Below are positions 34,263 through 44,261 of a DNA stretch of 64,000 bases, in pieces (position 1 is the stretch's first letter; each line of letters begins with the position of its first letter). The stretch lies in IMG/VR virus record IMGVR_UViG_3300008117_000028; one strand, given 5' to 3'. The notes under the pieces are model-generated. The model did no database searches and was not told the origin of the DNA. It saw nothing but the letters and a program-made list of their open reading frames with translations. The stretch is from an uncultured virus (IMG/VR IMGVR_UViG_3300008117_000028) (taxonomy: Duplodnaviria > Heunggongvirae > Uroviricota > Caudoviricetes). The position numbers were made by a program, and so were the translations under genes.

Positions 34263-35350
34263 TTTATAGTATCAAATCCAGAATCTGTAATTAAGTTAAT
34301 TGCAGTAGCACGGTTATTGTCTTCTGGTAAAAGTTTATCGTTGATTAAAAATCTATTTCCGCTTGTCATGTTCATCAATAACATATCCCAGCATAAACCA
34401 AGACTTTGTAAATGTTTTTCTGTTATACTTCTAGCTGATTCTTTTCTTGCGGTAGTTAAAATAATTTTATATCCTTTAGAATCCCAATCATTAAATTTAT
34501 TTAATACTCCATTTAAAATTTCTGGGTCTGCTTTTCCTATATCACTAAATCTATGTGAATGTTTTAATATAGTTCCATCAATATCGCAAAATATTGTTTT
34601 TGGTTTTTCTGTATAGTACTCTCTAACTTTTCCATTATATTTTTCTAGATCTTCTGGTGTCCCTAGAGCAATGTAGGCGTGTTTTTGTAAAAAATATGGA
34701 TATATTTTTTTATTATTTTCTATTAAATAATTATATGTTTCAGAAATATAACACTCTGGAGTTCCTAATTTTCTAAAAGTATTTAATAAATTTTGTGCTG
34801 AAAATACAAAATCTTTTCCATTTTTCCAATAATGTATTCCTACTAGAGCATTATCACTAATACTTTCTTTCTCAGCAATTTTTGTAACTAAATTATTATT
34901 AATTTCAGCAAAACTATTTTTTAAATCATTTGATTTAAATAATACAACTGCTCCGTCACAATTATCGTCGCTAACAAATTCTAAAAAATCTTGACTATTC
35001 CAATTGATTATTTGATCACAATTTGTAATAATTAATGGATTATCATTATTAATATATTCTTTAGCATACAGAACAGTTTCGGTAGCACCACTAGTTAAAG
35101 TGTCTATTTTAATTTCTATGCTTTCTGGAGATATTGTTTTTAATAAATCTGAAAGTTTTCTGTTATGATTTTCGTTTTCATAATTTCTAGTTATAAAAAT
35201 ATATCTAGCTTTTATTCCTAAAGTTGATACAGAATGTTCTATTAAATATTTTTTATTTACTTTTATTAGTGGTTTTGGTTCTAAAATACCAGCATTTATA
35301 AATCTAGTACCTAGCCCAGCCATAGGAATAACAATATTTAAATTATTCAT
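34241..35350 (-). CDS. sugar nucleotidyltransferase-like domain fused to HAD-like phosphatase domain
   Basis: IPMAGLGTRF...PKPLI, NCDQ and LGTPEDL, then DIDGT...TAR. Confidence 0.8.
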   Translation of the reverse strand: MNNLNIVIPMAGLGTRFINAGILEPKPLIKVNKKYLIEHSVSTLGIKARYIFITRNYENENHNRKLSDLLKTISPESIEIKIDTLTSGATETVLYAKEYINNDNPLIITNCDQIINWNSQDFLEFVSDDNCDGAVVLFKSNDLKNSFAEINNNLVTKIAEKESISDNALVGIHYWKNGKDFVFSAQNLLNTFRKLGTPECYISETYNYLIENNKKIYPYFLQKHAYIALGTPEDLEKYNGKVREYYTEKPKTIFCDIDGTILKHSHRFSDIGKADPEILNGVLNKFNDWDSKGYKIILTTARKESARSITEKHLQSLGLCWDMLLMNMTSGNRFLINDKLLPEDNNRATAINLITDSGFDTINWTEYGL

Positions 35351-36323
35351 TAACTAACTCCTTTAAAAATTTATTTGATTCTATTTTATTAATTATGTCC
35401 TCAGACTTTTTGGTATCATTTTTTATAGAATAAAAATATATATCTCTTTCATATGAAATGTTATGAAAAAAATGATGTTGTGCTCTAATGAATCCTCCAT
35501 GCTCTCTTGAATTATGTGGAGTAACTAATTCTGTTGATATTTCTAGAATATTAGTTTTTGGTTTCATAAAAATTCCATTCATTGCACTTGCTCCACTTAA
35601 AGAAATAAGTGTTTTAACTTCACTAAAATAGTTTATTTGCTCTATAAATGAATTAAAATTTTCTGGATAGACTATCTCAAAATTTTTATCTTGAAAATAC
35701 TTTTCTAATATATATTCATCAGATAATCTTTCTTTAAAATCTTTAAGTAAATCTTGCTTTTTTTCAAATTCATAAGTTTTAGGCACAATATTTTTTCTGC
35801 TTACATACACTTTTCTAAATGGCTCATAATCTCTATCGACATAGTCTAAAAATTTTTCATTAATTTTATTAATTGGATTTGGTACTGGCTGGTCGTCTGA
35901 TTGCATTGCAAAATAAAAATTATCGATTAATATTTGAGAATGTAATGCAGGATCTAAGAACATTCTATTTATATTATTATCTTTTAAAAAACAATAAAAA
36001 AATTCAATTAGATTATGATTTAAGTACCCTGGCCTTAAATTATAAGTATTAAAAATAAATAATGGATTTTCAAAAATATTTAAACAATTTAAAATTGTTC
36101 CATAAGTATTTATTACATTGTGAAGAGGATTTTGATGAACTTTAATTAAAATTTTAGGTTGGCTAGATAGAATTTTAAAAGACCTATTATCTTCAGCAAA
36201 AAAATGTTTTTTATCTTGACTTTCTAAAGTAAATTTTTCATCTACTATACTTATGAGATTTTCATCTGAAAAATATCTTAGATTTCCTACTTTTATTTCA
36301 TTGCTGGAAATGCTAACACTCAT
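35343..36323 (-). CDS. glycosyltransferase family 61 (DUF563)-like protein
   Basis: KVYVSRK, R...E..LE.YF...FEIVYPE...F.EQI.YF, SGA..MN..FM.P. Confidence 0.7.
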   Translation of the reverse strand: MSVSISSNEIKVGNLRYFSDENLISIVDEKFTLESQDKKHFFAEDNRSFKILSSQPKILIKVHQNPLHNVINTYGTILNCLNIFENPLFIFNTYNLRPGYLNHNLIEFFYCFLKDNNINRMFLDPALHSQILIDNFYFAMQSDDQPVPNPINKINEKFLDYVDRDYEPFRKVYVSRKNIVPKTYEFEKKQDLLKDFKERLSDEYILEKYFQDKNFEIVYPENFNSFIEQINYFSEVKTLISLSGASAMNGIFMKPKTNILEISTELVTPHNSREHGGFIRAQHHFFHNISYERDIYFYSIKNDTKKSEDIINKIESNKFLKELVNE

Positions 36324-36325
36324 AA

Positions 36326-36565
36326 TTAGATATCCTTTTTATTTAATTCATTTTCAACTATTTGCTGAACGTATTCAGAAAAATGTTTTCTTATACTTCC
36401 CGAAGGTCTACTTCCTGCAGCATTCCATATTCTAGCATATTCTACTATATTAGAAAATGTAGTAGGGCATACTGTTATTCCATTATATTCTTTTAATGTT
36501 GTTGGAAGTGGAACATGCTTCCCACAGCATTTACATTCTTTTGCTTTTTCCTGGTATATATTCAT
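36326..36565 (-). CDS. Cys-containing hypothetical protein
   Basis: ORF track. Confidence 0.65.
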   Translation of the reverse strand: MNIYQEKAKECKCCGKHVPLPTTLKEYNGITVCPTTFSNIVEYARIWNAAGSRPSGSIRKHFSEYVQQIVENELNKKDI

Positions 36566-38352
36566 ATTGTCATCATCCTGTCTATTGACTCTTTTAAATC
36601 TTCTGGCATTCTTGGAGCTCTTATCATATTTTGTACAAAGACTTCTTCTGTATTATGATCTTCAAAACTCATTGATTCATATGTATGAATTTTGATTTCT
36701 TGATTTGAATCAAACCTAGTTCTACTTATAGCATTATAAATTGATCCACATACGGCATCTGCTAAGTCTTTAGATCCTTTTCTTGGGTGATCAACTTTAT
36801 CTCTCATAATTTTTAATTGAAGTAACTCATCTATTAATAATGGAATATGTGGCCCATGTAGTCTTTCTTCTAATACAACCATTGCCATGTCGTCATAATG
36901 TTTTTTAGCAACAGATAAAATTTCAGTATTTATTCCATATTGTTTAAGTTGTTGCATCATATCATGAGAGTTCCATCGGTCAAATGTGCATATTTTTATT
37001 TTGAATCCCTTAGTTCTTAAAGCCAATATATAATCTTTAACTTCGGTAAAATCTACTGATTTATCTGCAGTAGGTGTCCAATATCTTATTGCATCAACTT
37101 CAACTATTGGTGCTGGTTGTGAGTAAGTATCTGTTACTTTTACGTTTACCCATTTTTGAACATGAGCTAAAGACACAGCGCAGTGGTCATGTTTTTGTGC
37201 TAAATCTACGTGTATAAAATAATCTTTGTCTGGATCTGGGGCGAACCAATTTTCGAATCTTCCAAATTGATCTATGGCTAATGCAGTATTATTAAAAGCT
37301 AATTCAATTTTTTCTCTTGATTTAAAAAATGCATCTATTGCTTCTGGTGGCATGCAAGCAAAACGACTTAGTGCATCTGGCATGTTTTTATAAAATTCTA
37401 TTTTAAAATCTTCAATTTTTTTAGTAGGATTTACGTCCCAGGTTGGTCTTTTAAGTGCATATACTTTAGGAATATTATATGAAATTATATGATCTTCTTC
37501 CCATTCAACCGTTATTTCATTACCCTGCGTTCCGTCTGGTAGGTCTTCATTCATTTTTAAAATTTTAGATTTAATAATAGTTTCTTTTTCCGCTACTACT
37601 GAGTCGTAAAATTTTTGGATTGGATCATTTTTAAAACGAGGAAATGAAAGTAAAATTACTTTACCGTAATCTGGAAAGCGTGATATTACAGATCCACGAT
37701 ACATATCGTATATTGCATCTGCGGTTTTAGCTTGATCATGTCCAGTTGTATTTTCTGTGGCGAAGCCAGAAATTTCGTCTAGAATGACAGCAATTACGTT
37801 ATACCCTTCAAAAGCTTCTCTTTCTGAATGTCCTGAGTATACATTTACATTTTTATCAAATCTAATCTCAGAAGCTTTTGGATCATATTTTCCTACAAAC
37901 CATGGACTTCTATCTATACGTGTTTTAAATCCTTTAAAAAATACGTTGTTTGCTTGCTGTGCGTTAACAGCAATATTAATAATATCAATTGTATCTCCAG
38001 GTGGTTTTCCGTAATATGTTGCTGGATCTTTTAAACATAATAATAAGTAAACCATATAGGAAACTGATATTGTAGATGTATAGTCTTTTCCTGAACCCTT
38101 ACCCAATTGAGCAATGATTTCTGTACAAGTCTGTTTAAATCTCCGTTTGCCTTCCTCTTCTCCAAATAATTTAATTAAGGTAGACTCTTTATATATTTGA
38201 GAACCTTTTTCAATTAATGTATATTGATATTCTGAAAGTGGTGGCAATCCTAGATATTCTGGACTAGTAACAAATGTTTTTAGGTCTACTGGGCGCTCTT
38301 CAAATTCTTCGCCATCTAAAATATCAATTAAATCAGAAAAATCAAAAGACAT
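36562..38352 (-). CDS. terL: terminase large subunit
   Basis: Walker A GKGSGKD, Walker B VILDE, RNase H-like HVDLA...D, FDRWNS, KVDHP..GSKDLADA. Confidence 0.88.
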   Translation of the reverse strand: MSFDFSDLIDILDGEEFEERPVDLKTFVTSPEYLGLPPLSEYQYTLIEKGSQIYKESTLIKLFGEEEGKRRFKQTCTEIIAQLGKGSGKDYTSTISVSYMVYLLLCLKDPATYYGKPPGDTIDIINIAVNAQQANNVFFKGFKTRIDRSPWFVGKYDPKASEIRFDKNVNVYSGHSEREAFEGYNVIAVILDEISGFATENTTGHDQAKTADAIYDMYRGSVISRFPDYGKVILLSFPRFKNDPIQKFYDSVVAEKETIIKSKILKMNEDLPDGTQGNEITVEWEEDHIISYNIPKVYALKRPTWDVNPTKKIEDFKIEFYKNMPDALSRFACMPPEAIDAFFKSREKIELAFNNTALAIDQFGRFENWFAPDPDKDYFIHVDLAQKHDHCAVSLAHVQKWVNVKVTDTYSQPAPIVEVDAIRYWTPTADKSVDFTEVKDYILALRTKGFKIKICTFDRWNSHDMMQQLKQYGINTEILSVAKKHYDDMAMVVLEERLHGPHIPLLIDELLQLKIMRDKVDHPRKGSKDLADAVCGSIYNAISRTRFDSNQEIKIHTYESMSFEDHNTEEVFVQNMIRAPRMPEDLKESIDRMMTI

Positions 38353-38909
38353 TATGCTGGGACTTTTACTTTCTTATATATGTGATTACTATATGAGTAT
38401 CTTTTTTCAGATATTACTGGCTTTACACCATGCAAAGCAATTGGTAATGCACTATGTATTACCATGTCTCCTTGATTTGGAGCATAAATTATATTTTGTG
38501 TCGGATAATATATTTCTCCGCCTTCAAATTTATTTAAATATACTACTAAACCATAAATTGATAATTCTAACTCTTTATATGGAGTTCCTTCAACGTATAG
38601 CTTAGATAGATTTTCTGCTTCAGTAAAATCATGTATATCAGAATGTTCTCCCCAAAAATTTCCTTTGACCAACCTAGTTGCAGTGCTTGCTTTTCCAAGA
38701 TATAAGCCTTCTGGTATCATGGTATTAATTCTATTTCTTAATTTAATAATTTCAGACAATGGTTCTGTTCTAGAAAAATTATTTTCTTTAATCCATTCTT
38801 CTTCATTAATTTTTTCTAATATATCAACTATATTGTTTGACTCTTCTTTGGATAAAAAATTTTCATAAACATATATTTCTTCACCAATTCTTTTAAAATT
38901 TTCAAACAT
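38352..38909 (-). CDS. 2OG-Fe(II) oxygenase
   Basis: HSD...YLN.FEGGEIYYP...HGVKPV...RY. Confidence 0.82.
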   Translation of the reverse strand: MFENFKRIGEEIYVYENFLSKEESNNIVDILEKINEEEWIKENNFSRTEPLSEIIKLRNRINTMIPEGLYLGKASTATRLVKGNFWGEHSDIHDFTEAENLSKLYVEGTPYKELELSIYGLVVYLNKFEGGEIYYPTQNIIYAPNQGDMVIHSALPIALHGVKPVISEKRYSYSNHIYKKVKVPA

Positions 38910-39442
38910 TATAATGCTTCTCCTGAATCTATTATTACTGGCTCTACTATTCCAGTTATTTGTGATAATCTTTTTGCAACATCCATTTTACATTTAGGAC
39001 AAGAAGATGTAACTTCTTTTAATATTTTAACTAATATTTCTTGCTTATGTTCTGTTTCAGCAATTTGTGATGCTAATTCAGCATTATCTAAAAGACCTAC
39101 TTCTTTAAGCATAGTAATTCTTTTTGTTTCAATATCTGAAATTAATTTAAGAGCGTTTGCTTTTACATTTAATTGACCTGCCTGATCTGCGTCCTCTACA
39201 GTTTTCCAGGCTTCTTTAATTAACATTGAGTAATGTTGGTCTGCTCCTGAAATAGCCTCTTTAGCCCGTTCCTTAGAGCTTGTATCGTTGTATACGACGG
39301 TTTTCCACTCATCTATAAGTTCTACTACATCAGAACGTTTAAAGCCCGTCAGAGAGGCAATCTGGGTCGGATTATTGCCCTTTAAAAGTTCGGCAACAAC
39401 TTTATTCATACGATCAAAATGATCAGATAATTCAATTTCCAT
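38909..39442 (-). CDS. HTH/helical protein, probable terminase small subunit
   Basis: N-terminal HTH-like segment (PTQIASLTGFKRSDV); upstream of terL. Confidence 0.55.
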   Translation of the reverse strand: MEIELSDHFDRMNKVVAELLKGNNPTQIASLTGFKRSDVVELIDEWKTVVYNDTSSKERAKEAISGADQHYSMLIKEAWKTVEDADQAGQLNVKANALKLISDIETKRITMLKEVGLLDNAELASQIAETEHKQEILVKILKEVTSSCPKCKMDVAKRLSQITGIVEPVIIDSGEAL

Positions 39443-39471
39443 ATTAATTTATTATACCATATTTTAGTTGA

Positions 39472-39801
39472 CTAAGATTGAGATTTTGCTATTTTAAGCA
39501 ATACTAAATATCCAATTAAATCATCAATATCATTATCTCCAGGATAATCTGTGCCCTTCATAAGTCTATTTAATTTATCATCAATACGGACATGCAGTTG
39601 CTCTCTAGGACCTGCTTTTGAAAATATACGAACAGGATCTAAGGCTGAATTTCCATATGATATATTTTTTTCAATAAGCATATGAGCAATTTCATGACAG
39701 GTATTCCAAATTTCTTGACCTGCTGCTGTACCTACTGTTAATAGATATAAGTCTTCACATCTAAATTCTTTTATATCTTCGAATACTGGCTTTAAGCTCA
39801 T
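39472..39801 (-). CDS. DUF1599-like nucleotide-modification-associated protein
   Basis: KNISYGNSAL.P.RIFS...VRIDDKL.R...DLIGYL.L. Confidence 0.7.
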   Translation of the reverse strand: MSLKPVFEDIKEFRCEDLYLLTVGTAAGQEIWNTCHEIAHMLIEKNISYGNSALDPVRIFSKAGPREQLHVRIDDKLNRLMKGTDYPGDNDIDDLIGYLVLLKIAKSQS

Positions 39802-40511
39802 CTTGTACCTTTCACTAGTGGATCTTCAATCCATTGAACGTATCCGTCTTCCCATTTTTGACTACCATAAATATGTTTAACGTCAATAAAATGGAATATC
39901 CGCCAATTTTCTCCACCATAACAGTGGAATTTATATAGTTTAGCATTATCTGATGAATTTAACAATAGGTAATCATCAATTAAATTGTTAACCTGAATAT
40001 TTAATGCTTTAAGAATACCTTTAGTCCATATATCTGGTCCTGTGTGGGTATGAACAAAATGTGGAGATCCATAAGTCGGATTAATTAATTTTTCTTTAAT
40101 TGTATCTAGGACTGATTTTAAAATAGGATTTCCAGCGGATGCAGCAAATGTCCATTGGCAAAAATGAATATCAGTTTCAGGACAAACAATCATTTCATAT
40201 TCTTCATTTAACCATGTATTAATTGGATTCAAACATTCTGTATCTAAATCTGTATATACTCCACCGTATTTATAAATGATCATATATCTCCACAAATCAC
40301 CACGCATTACTCCTACTGGAAGTCCGACAAATAAATCATGCCACTCTTGCCCATATTCTTCTAAAATAAATTGTGCAGCTTGACTATCATCCATATATCT
40401 ATATTCATATTCAGGATTTAATGTCTTCCACGTATTTACTGCATCCAGCATATATGGCTGCAATTGATCAAATGGGTCTTTGTAAGTTTGCCAGATAATC
40501 TTTGGAATCAT
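39798..40511 (-). CDS. glycosyltransferase, GT32/DXD (OCH1-like)
   Basis: IPKIIWQT, D.WRY..IYKYGGVY.DLD and TGP motifs. Confidence 0.88.
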   Translation of the reverse strand: MIPKIIWQTYKDPFDQLQPYMLDAVNTWKTLNPEYEYRYMDDSQAAQFILEEYGQEWHDLFVGLPVGVMRGDLWRYMIIYKYGGVYTDLDTECLNPINTWLNEEYEMIVCPETDIHFCQWTFAASAGNPILKSVLDTIKEKLINPTYGSPHFVHTHTGPDIWTKGILKALNIQVNNLIDDYLLLNSSDNAKLYKFHCYGGENWRIFHFIDVKHIYGSQKWEDGYVQWIEDPLVKGTR

Positions 40512-41026
40512 TGATTATCAAATTTCGCTATGAATACTCCTGTCACTGGAAATTCTTTATGCTCCACAATTCCTTTAAAAGTTTTTAAAACCCTTTCGGT
40601 GTTCCAATCTTCTTCCACATGAACCTCATATGGATTTCCATTAATTGCATCTTGATGGTAATGAATAATAGGAATAGATATGATGGCATTTCTTGCCTGT
40701 TGAGATATTCTATTCCAAAGTTCAACCGCTGACTCTTCTGACATATGTTCTAAAACATCTCCAAGTATTACAAGGTCATATTTAAAATTATTCATATCTT
40801 TAACATCCATAGCAAATAATTTATCATATCTATTTTCTAGATTAAATTGATCTATATATGGCTGCCACACCTCTACTGCGTTTATTATTACTCCAGAACC
40901 AAGGCCATCTCTAATTAAATCAAGGTATACGCCTTGACCAGCCCCAACATCAAGAACTGTTTTTGGATTTATTTCAATTATTTTTTCTTTAGTCCAAGGT
41001 TTATTTGTTGGATCAGAGTATCCCAT
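40508..41026 (-). CDS. class I SAM-dependent methyltransferase
   Basis: VLDVGAGQG, YDLVILGDVLEH. Confidence 0.85.
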   Translation of the reverse strand: MGYSDPTNKPWTKEKIIEINPKTVLDVGAGQGVYLDLIRDGLGSGVIINAVEVWQPYIDQFNLENRYDKLFAMDVKDMNNFKYDLVILGDVLEHMSEESAVELWNRISQQARNAIISIPIIHYHQDAINGNPYEVHVEEDWNTERVLKTFKGIVEHKEFPVTGVFIAKFDNQ

Positions 41027-41708
41027 TTAAAATTTTCCTATCTTCTTTTGTTTGAAATGTTGACTCTATTGACAATATGTCGCAAATTCTTTTAGCATCT
41101 GGCTTTAAAGTAAACACTTCTAATAAATGTTTTTGTCTAAACATAAACCAATCTAATGGTAAGTTTATACCATTACTTGCAAAATGTATCATTTTTTGAG
41201 CACCTGTTCTGCTTACTATATAGCAGGCAGCAGACCAGTCTTGATAAGATGAGCATAATTCATCTGATATATCTAGCGAAGTATTATATTTATGATCTTG
41301 ATCTGCTGGACAGAATGCATGAAATGCGTCAAATCTTTTTGGCAATTGTTTCATATATTTTTCTAATTCAATTAAAAAATTGTCATATAAAATAATATCG
41401 TCTTCCATTAATATTAAATAGTCATAATCAGAATCAATAAAGTTTTTCCATGCCAGCCAGTTGCTTGCCCATATTCCAACTTCGCCATATCTCCAGCCCT
41501 GCTTGTTGTCTAAATTGTATCCATTAATATCTATATTAAAATCTAAATTTTGATTTTTAAAATTAACATATTCATCGTATGATGAAATTTTGATAGTATC
41601 TGTATCTAGAATTTTTATATTTTTAAGCAAATTAGAATGAACATTTTCAACTAATTTATTTCTATCATGATCTCTTGGTAAATGGAAAAGCTTATAGGCT
41701 ATATTCAT
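41013..41708 (-). CDS. glycosyltransferase family 25-like protein
   Basis: GEVG...SN...W, LILMEDD, Y.VSR.GA.K, P.D. Confidence 0.75.
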   Translation of the reverse strand: MNIAYKLFHLPRDHDRNKLVENVHSNLLKNIKILDTDTIKISSYDEYVNFKNQNLDFNIDINGYNLDNKQGWRYGEVGIWASNWLAWKNFIDSDYDYLILMEDDIILYDNFLIELEKYMKQLPKRFDAFHAFCPADQDHKYNTSLDISDELCSSYQDWSAACYIVSRTGAQKMIHFASNGINLPLDWFMFRQKHLLEVFTLKPDAKRICDILSIESTFQTKEDRKILNGIL

Positions 41709-41902
41709 CTCTTTTTAATTAATCCAAATTGCTCTAAGTATCTTTGTATAGTCATAGCAGAAACTTTACATTCTTTAGAAATTTCAGTAACTGTTTTCTT
41801 TTGAACTATATATCTACGATATAGCCAATCTTTACTTTGATATAACTTTATATAGACCACCACCCAGTATTTTTCCAAGCGTCTGGATTTTTCTTTAGCC
41901 AT
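41705..41902 (-). CDS. small HTH DNA-binding protein (true start probably downstream)
   Basis: WL.RRY...K...EIS.EC.VS.MTI.RYL. Confidence 0.65.
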   Translation of the reverse strand: MAKEKSRRLEKYWVVVYIKLYQSKDWLYRRYIVQKKTVTEISKECKVSAMTIQRYLEQFGLIKKR

Positions 41903-42005
41903 TCTTTATTTAATTCTCTTTGTTTTTCCCAATCAATTTCATGAGTTGGCATATTGCACTTTGGACATATTTCTGAGCCCATATGCTTATAAACATGTTC
42001 ACATT

Positions 42006-42572
42006 TCATCGTTTAGTTAATACCTCATTTGAATAATAAGCAATTCCAAAAGCATCTGCTACGTCGAAATCATTTAAGGATAGACTATATTTATTATTAA
42101 AATAATCTACCGTTCTTTGTTTACGCATGTTGCGTAACTGGTTTTTATACCAAGAATCTGCATATCCAGGATTCTTTAATCTTATTGCAGACTTTTCATC
42201 TTTCGTTGGATTTTTGTTGCCAATGAATGCCTGCCACGAGGATGGACTAATAGTAATAACCTCAGCGCCAGTAGACATAAGCTCAGCAATAACAACTCCA
42301 TAGACATATGATAATTTTATCACAGCATCTGCTGATCTGACAAGGACTGCACCTTCTACTGCAATATAATCTGACTTTAGTTCTTCTAACATTAAATTAG
42401 TTTTTATTTTAGCATCATATATTTTTTCATATATAGTTGCGCCCTTAAATTCAATTTTACCCCACTTTAATGGTTTATTATTTTCCATAAGGCAAAATGC
42501 AACGGAGTTAGTGGAGGCATCTATTCCTAAAACTTTATTAGCTTTTATTTTAACTAAGTTAGCTAATGTCAC
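42006..42572 (-). CDS. RuvC-like Holliday junction resolvase
   Basis: VLGIDAS, IAVEG, P.SWQ..IG, D.ADAFGIA. Confidence 0.8.
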   Translation of the reverse strand: MTLANLVKIKANKVLGIDASTNSVAFCLMENNKPLKWGKIEFKGATIYEKIYDAKIKTNLMLEELKSDYIAVEGAVLVRSADAVIKLSYVYGVVIAELMSTGAEVITISPSSWQAFIGNKNPTKDEKSAIRLKNPGYADSWYKNQLRNMRKQRTVDYFNNKYSLSLNDFDVADAFGIAYYSNEVLTKR

Positions 42573-42837
42573 CTAATATGCTCCATATAATTTTTTTACT
42601 TTGATAATCAATATTTTTTTCACAAGTAGAACAAATGTTGGATTGATTATATCTACTTAATTTAGTTTTACAATTTTTACAAATTCTGTGTGCTCCACTT
42701 TTAATAGCCTTTTTTTCATAATATTTTTCCATTATTCTACGATTTGTAGCAATTCGACAGCATTCGTCTGAGCAGTACTTTTGATTATGAGTTTTAGGAT
42801 TAAAGTTTTTAGCGCATTCTGAATTAAAACATATCAT
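42559..42837 (-). CDS. Cys-rich zinc-binding protein
   Basis: Multiple Cys motifs (QKYCS.EC, CKNC, CSTC). Confidence 0.7.
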   Translation of the reverse strand: MICFNSECAKNFNPKTHNQKYCSDECCRIATNRRIMEKYYEKKAIKSGAHRICKNCKTKLSRYNQSNICSTCEKNIDYQSKKIIWSILGDIS

Positions 42838-43664
42838 AAGTCTGGTGCCTCATATGCTGCTATCTGTACTGTTCCAGTTTCTGCTGACCAGCATTCTTTT
42901 TTAATAGGACATCCTTTACAGGAATATGAAGTTTTGGTGAATGGTCTCATTGGCAATCCCCCATCCTTAAAATTATCATATACTTCGCATAACCAAATAA
43001 AAAGATCGTCAATAATTTTTTTATTTTTTTCTGTTAATTGTATTGGGATAAGTAATATCTCTTGTGTATTTTTATTTTCATATAGAAAAAATGCTTCTTT
43101 TGCATTACGTAATTTCATATATGTTAAAAGCTGAAGCATATGATTTGATGAAGGAGACATTTCAGCTTGTCTAGTATCCCAAACTTCTTGCTTAGCTGTC
43201 TTTATTTCTCCAATAACTTCTTCATCATCCCAATTAATTACAAGATCAATAAATCCACGAATTGGCGGATATTCATTTGTTATCTCTACTTCAGTTTTAA
43301 CTTCTTTCATAGAATTTGTTTTAAACAAATCTGATGATTGATTTTGTATTAGTTTTTGTAATCTTTCATGAGCTTGAGTTCCATGAGACATATTTGCAAT
43401 TGCTTTAGCATCGTTATTATCTATAAATGTTGCACCAGAAAATGCCATATACCAATATCTTGGACAATTTCCATTGCCGTATCCAAAACTACTTGGGCTA
43501 AATGATTTTTTAGTCATTAAACCATCTGGCCTTTTTGTTGCTAGGTATGCATCATCTAATAATTTAGAAAATTCTTCAATGTTAAATTTACCATTGTATT
43601 TTTTAAATTTTAAATTATTTACTATTTCTCTAGCCATTATATCTAACAACATACTTGAGGGCAT
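42834..43664 (-). CDS. Cas4-like PD-(D/E)xK exonuclease
   Basis: SPS...CPR, GT..HE, G.ID, EIKT, QL..YM, C..CP....CW. Confidence 0.82.
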   Translation of the reverse strand: MPSSMLLDIMAREIVNNLKFKKYNGKFNIEEFSKLLDDAYLATKRPDGLMTKKSFSPSSFGYGNGNCPRYWYMAFSGATFIDNNDAKAIANMSHGTQAHERLQKLIQNQSSDLFKTNSMKEVKTEVEITNEYPPIRGFIDLVINWDDEEVIGEIKTAKQEVWDTRQAEMSPSSNHMLQLLTYMKLRNAKEAFFLYENKNTQEILLIPIQLTEKNKKIIDDLFIWLCEVYDNFKDGGLPMRPFTKTSYSCKGCPIKKECWSAETGTVQIAAYEAPDL

Positions 43665-43968
43665 CTACAAGTTTGTCTATGGACTCCTTTACTGAATAGT
43701 AAACATTCTTTTTATTATTATTTTCTGTTCCAGCCTTGTCTTTCATAATTGTAGAATATACCGAAGCCATTACTGCAAATTTTGTTGACATTGCCTGCAA
43801 TTCCATTATTAAATGTGGAGCTTTTGCAGACGGTACGTCTGGATTCATTAGTAATTTTACCACAATTGCTAAAGCTTTATCTAAATGTTCATCTTTCATA
43901 AACTCATGAAGATCATTAAATTCTGTGATGTCACTAATTAGTTCAAGAGTATTTTTAGATTCAGTCAT
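43630..43968 (-). CDS. hypothetical helical protein in recombination operon
   Basis: ORF track. Confidence 0.7.
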   Translation of the reverse strand: MTESKNTLELISDITEFNDLHEFMKDEHLDKALAIVVKLLMNPDVPSAKAPHLIMELQAMSTKFAVMASVYSTIMKDKAGTENNNKKNVYYSVKESIDKLVDALKYVVRYNG

Positions 43969-44123
43969 TATAAAATTTTACCTATCAGTCCATATCCTAT
44001 CCATAATCCTACTATACCCATTACCCCAGCAAATACTGGCGGTGCAGGTACTGGAAGTTTAAATAAAGCAAATACTGCTCCTACTCCAGCACCAGTTAAT
44101 GTGGTTAGAAAAACTTCTTTCAT
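43968..44123 (-). CDS. XapX/DUF1427-like small membrane protein (51 aa)
   Basis: Hand-translated MKEVFLTTLTGAGVGAVFALFKLPVPAPPVFAGVMGIVGLWIGY... Confidence 0.75.
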   Translation of the reverse strand: MKEVFLTTLTGAGVGAVFALFKLPVPAPPVFAGVMGIVGLWIGYGLIGKIL

Positions 44124-44260
44124 TTTACTATCCTTTTGTCTTTAGGAAATGCTCCCATGTCAGCTTTAACAGTACCGTCTTTTCTTAATCTAACAATTCT
44201 GCCATTTTTTATTTGCATTTTGTTAAATCCATCATGTCTTTTATATTTTCCGCTAGACAT
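44120..44260 (-). CDS. small basic protein (46 aa, MSSGKYKRHDGFN...)
   Basis: Hand-translated; ATGA coupling. Confidence 0.6.
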   Translation of the reverse strand: MSSGKYKRHDGFNKMQIKNGRIVRLRKDGTVKADMGAFPKDKRIVK

Positions 44261-44261
44261 T

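Noticed and set aside
42834..43664. Cas4-like gene as evidence of a CRISPR-Cas system
   Set aside because: No array or other cas genes; stand-alone Cas4-like nucleases are common in phage recombination modules.
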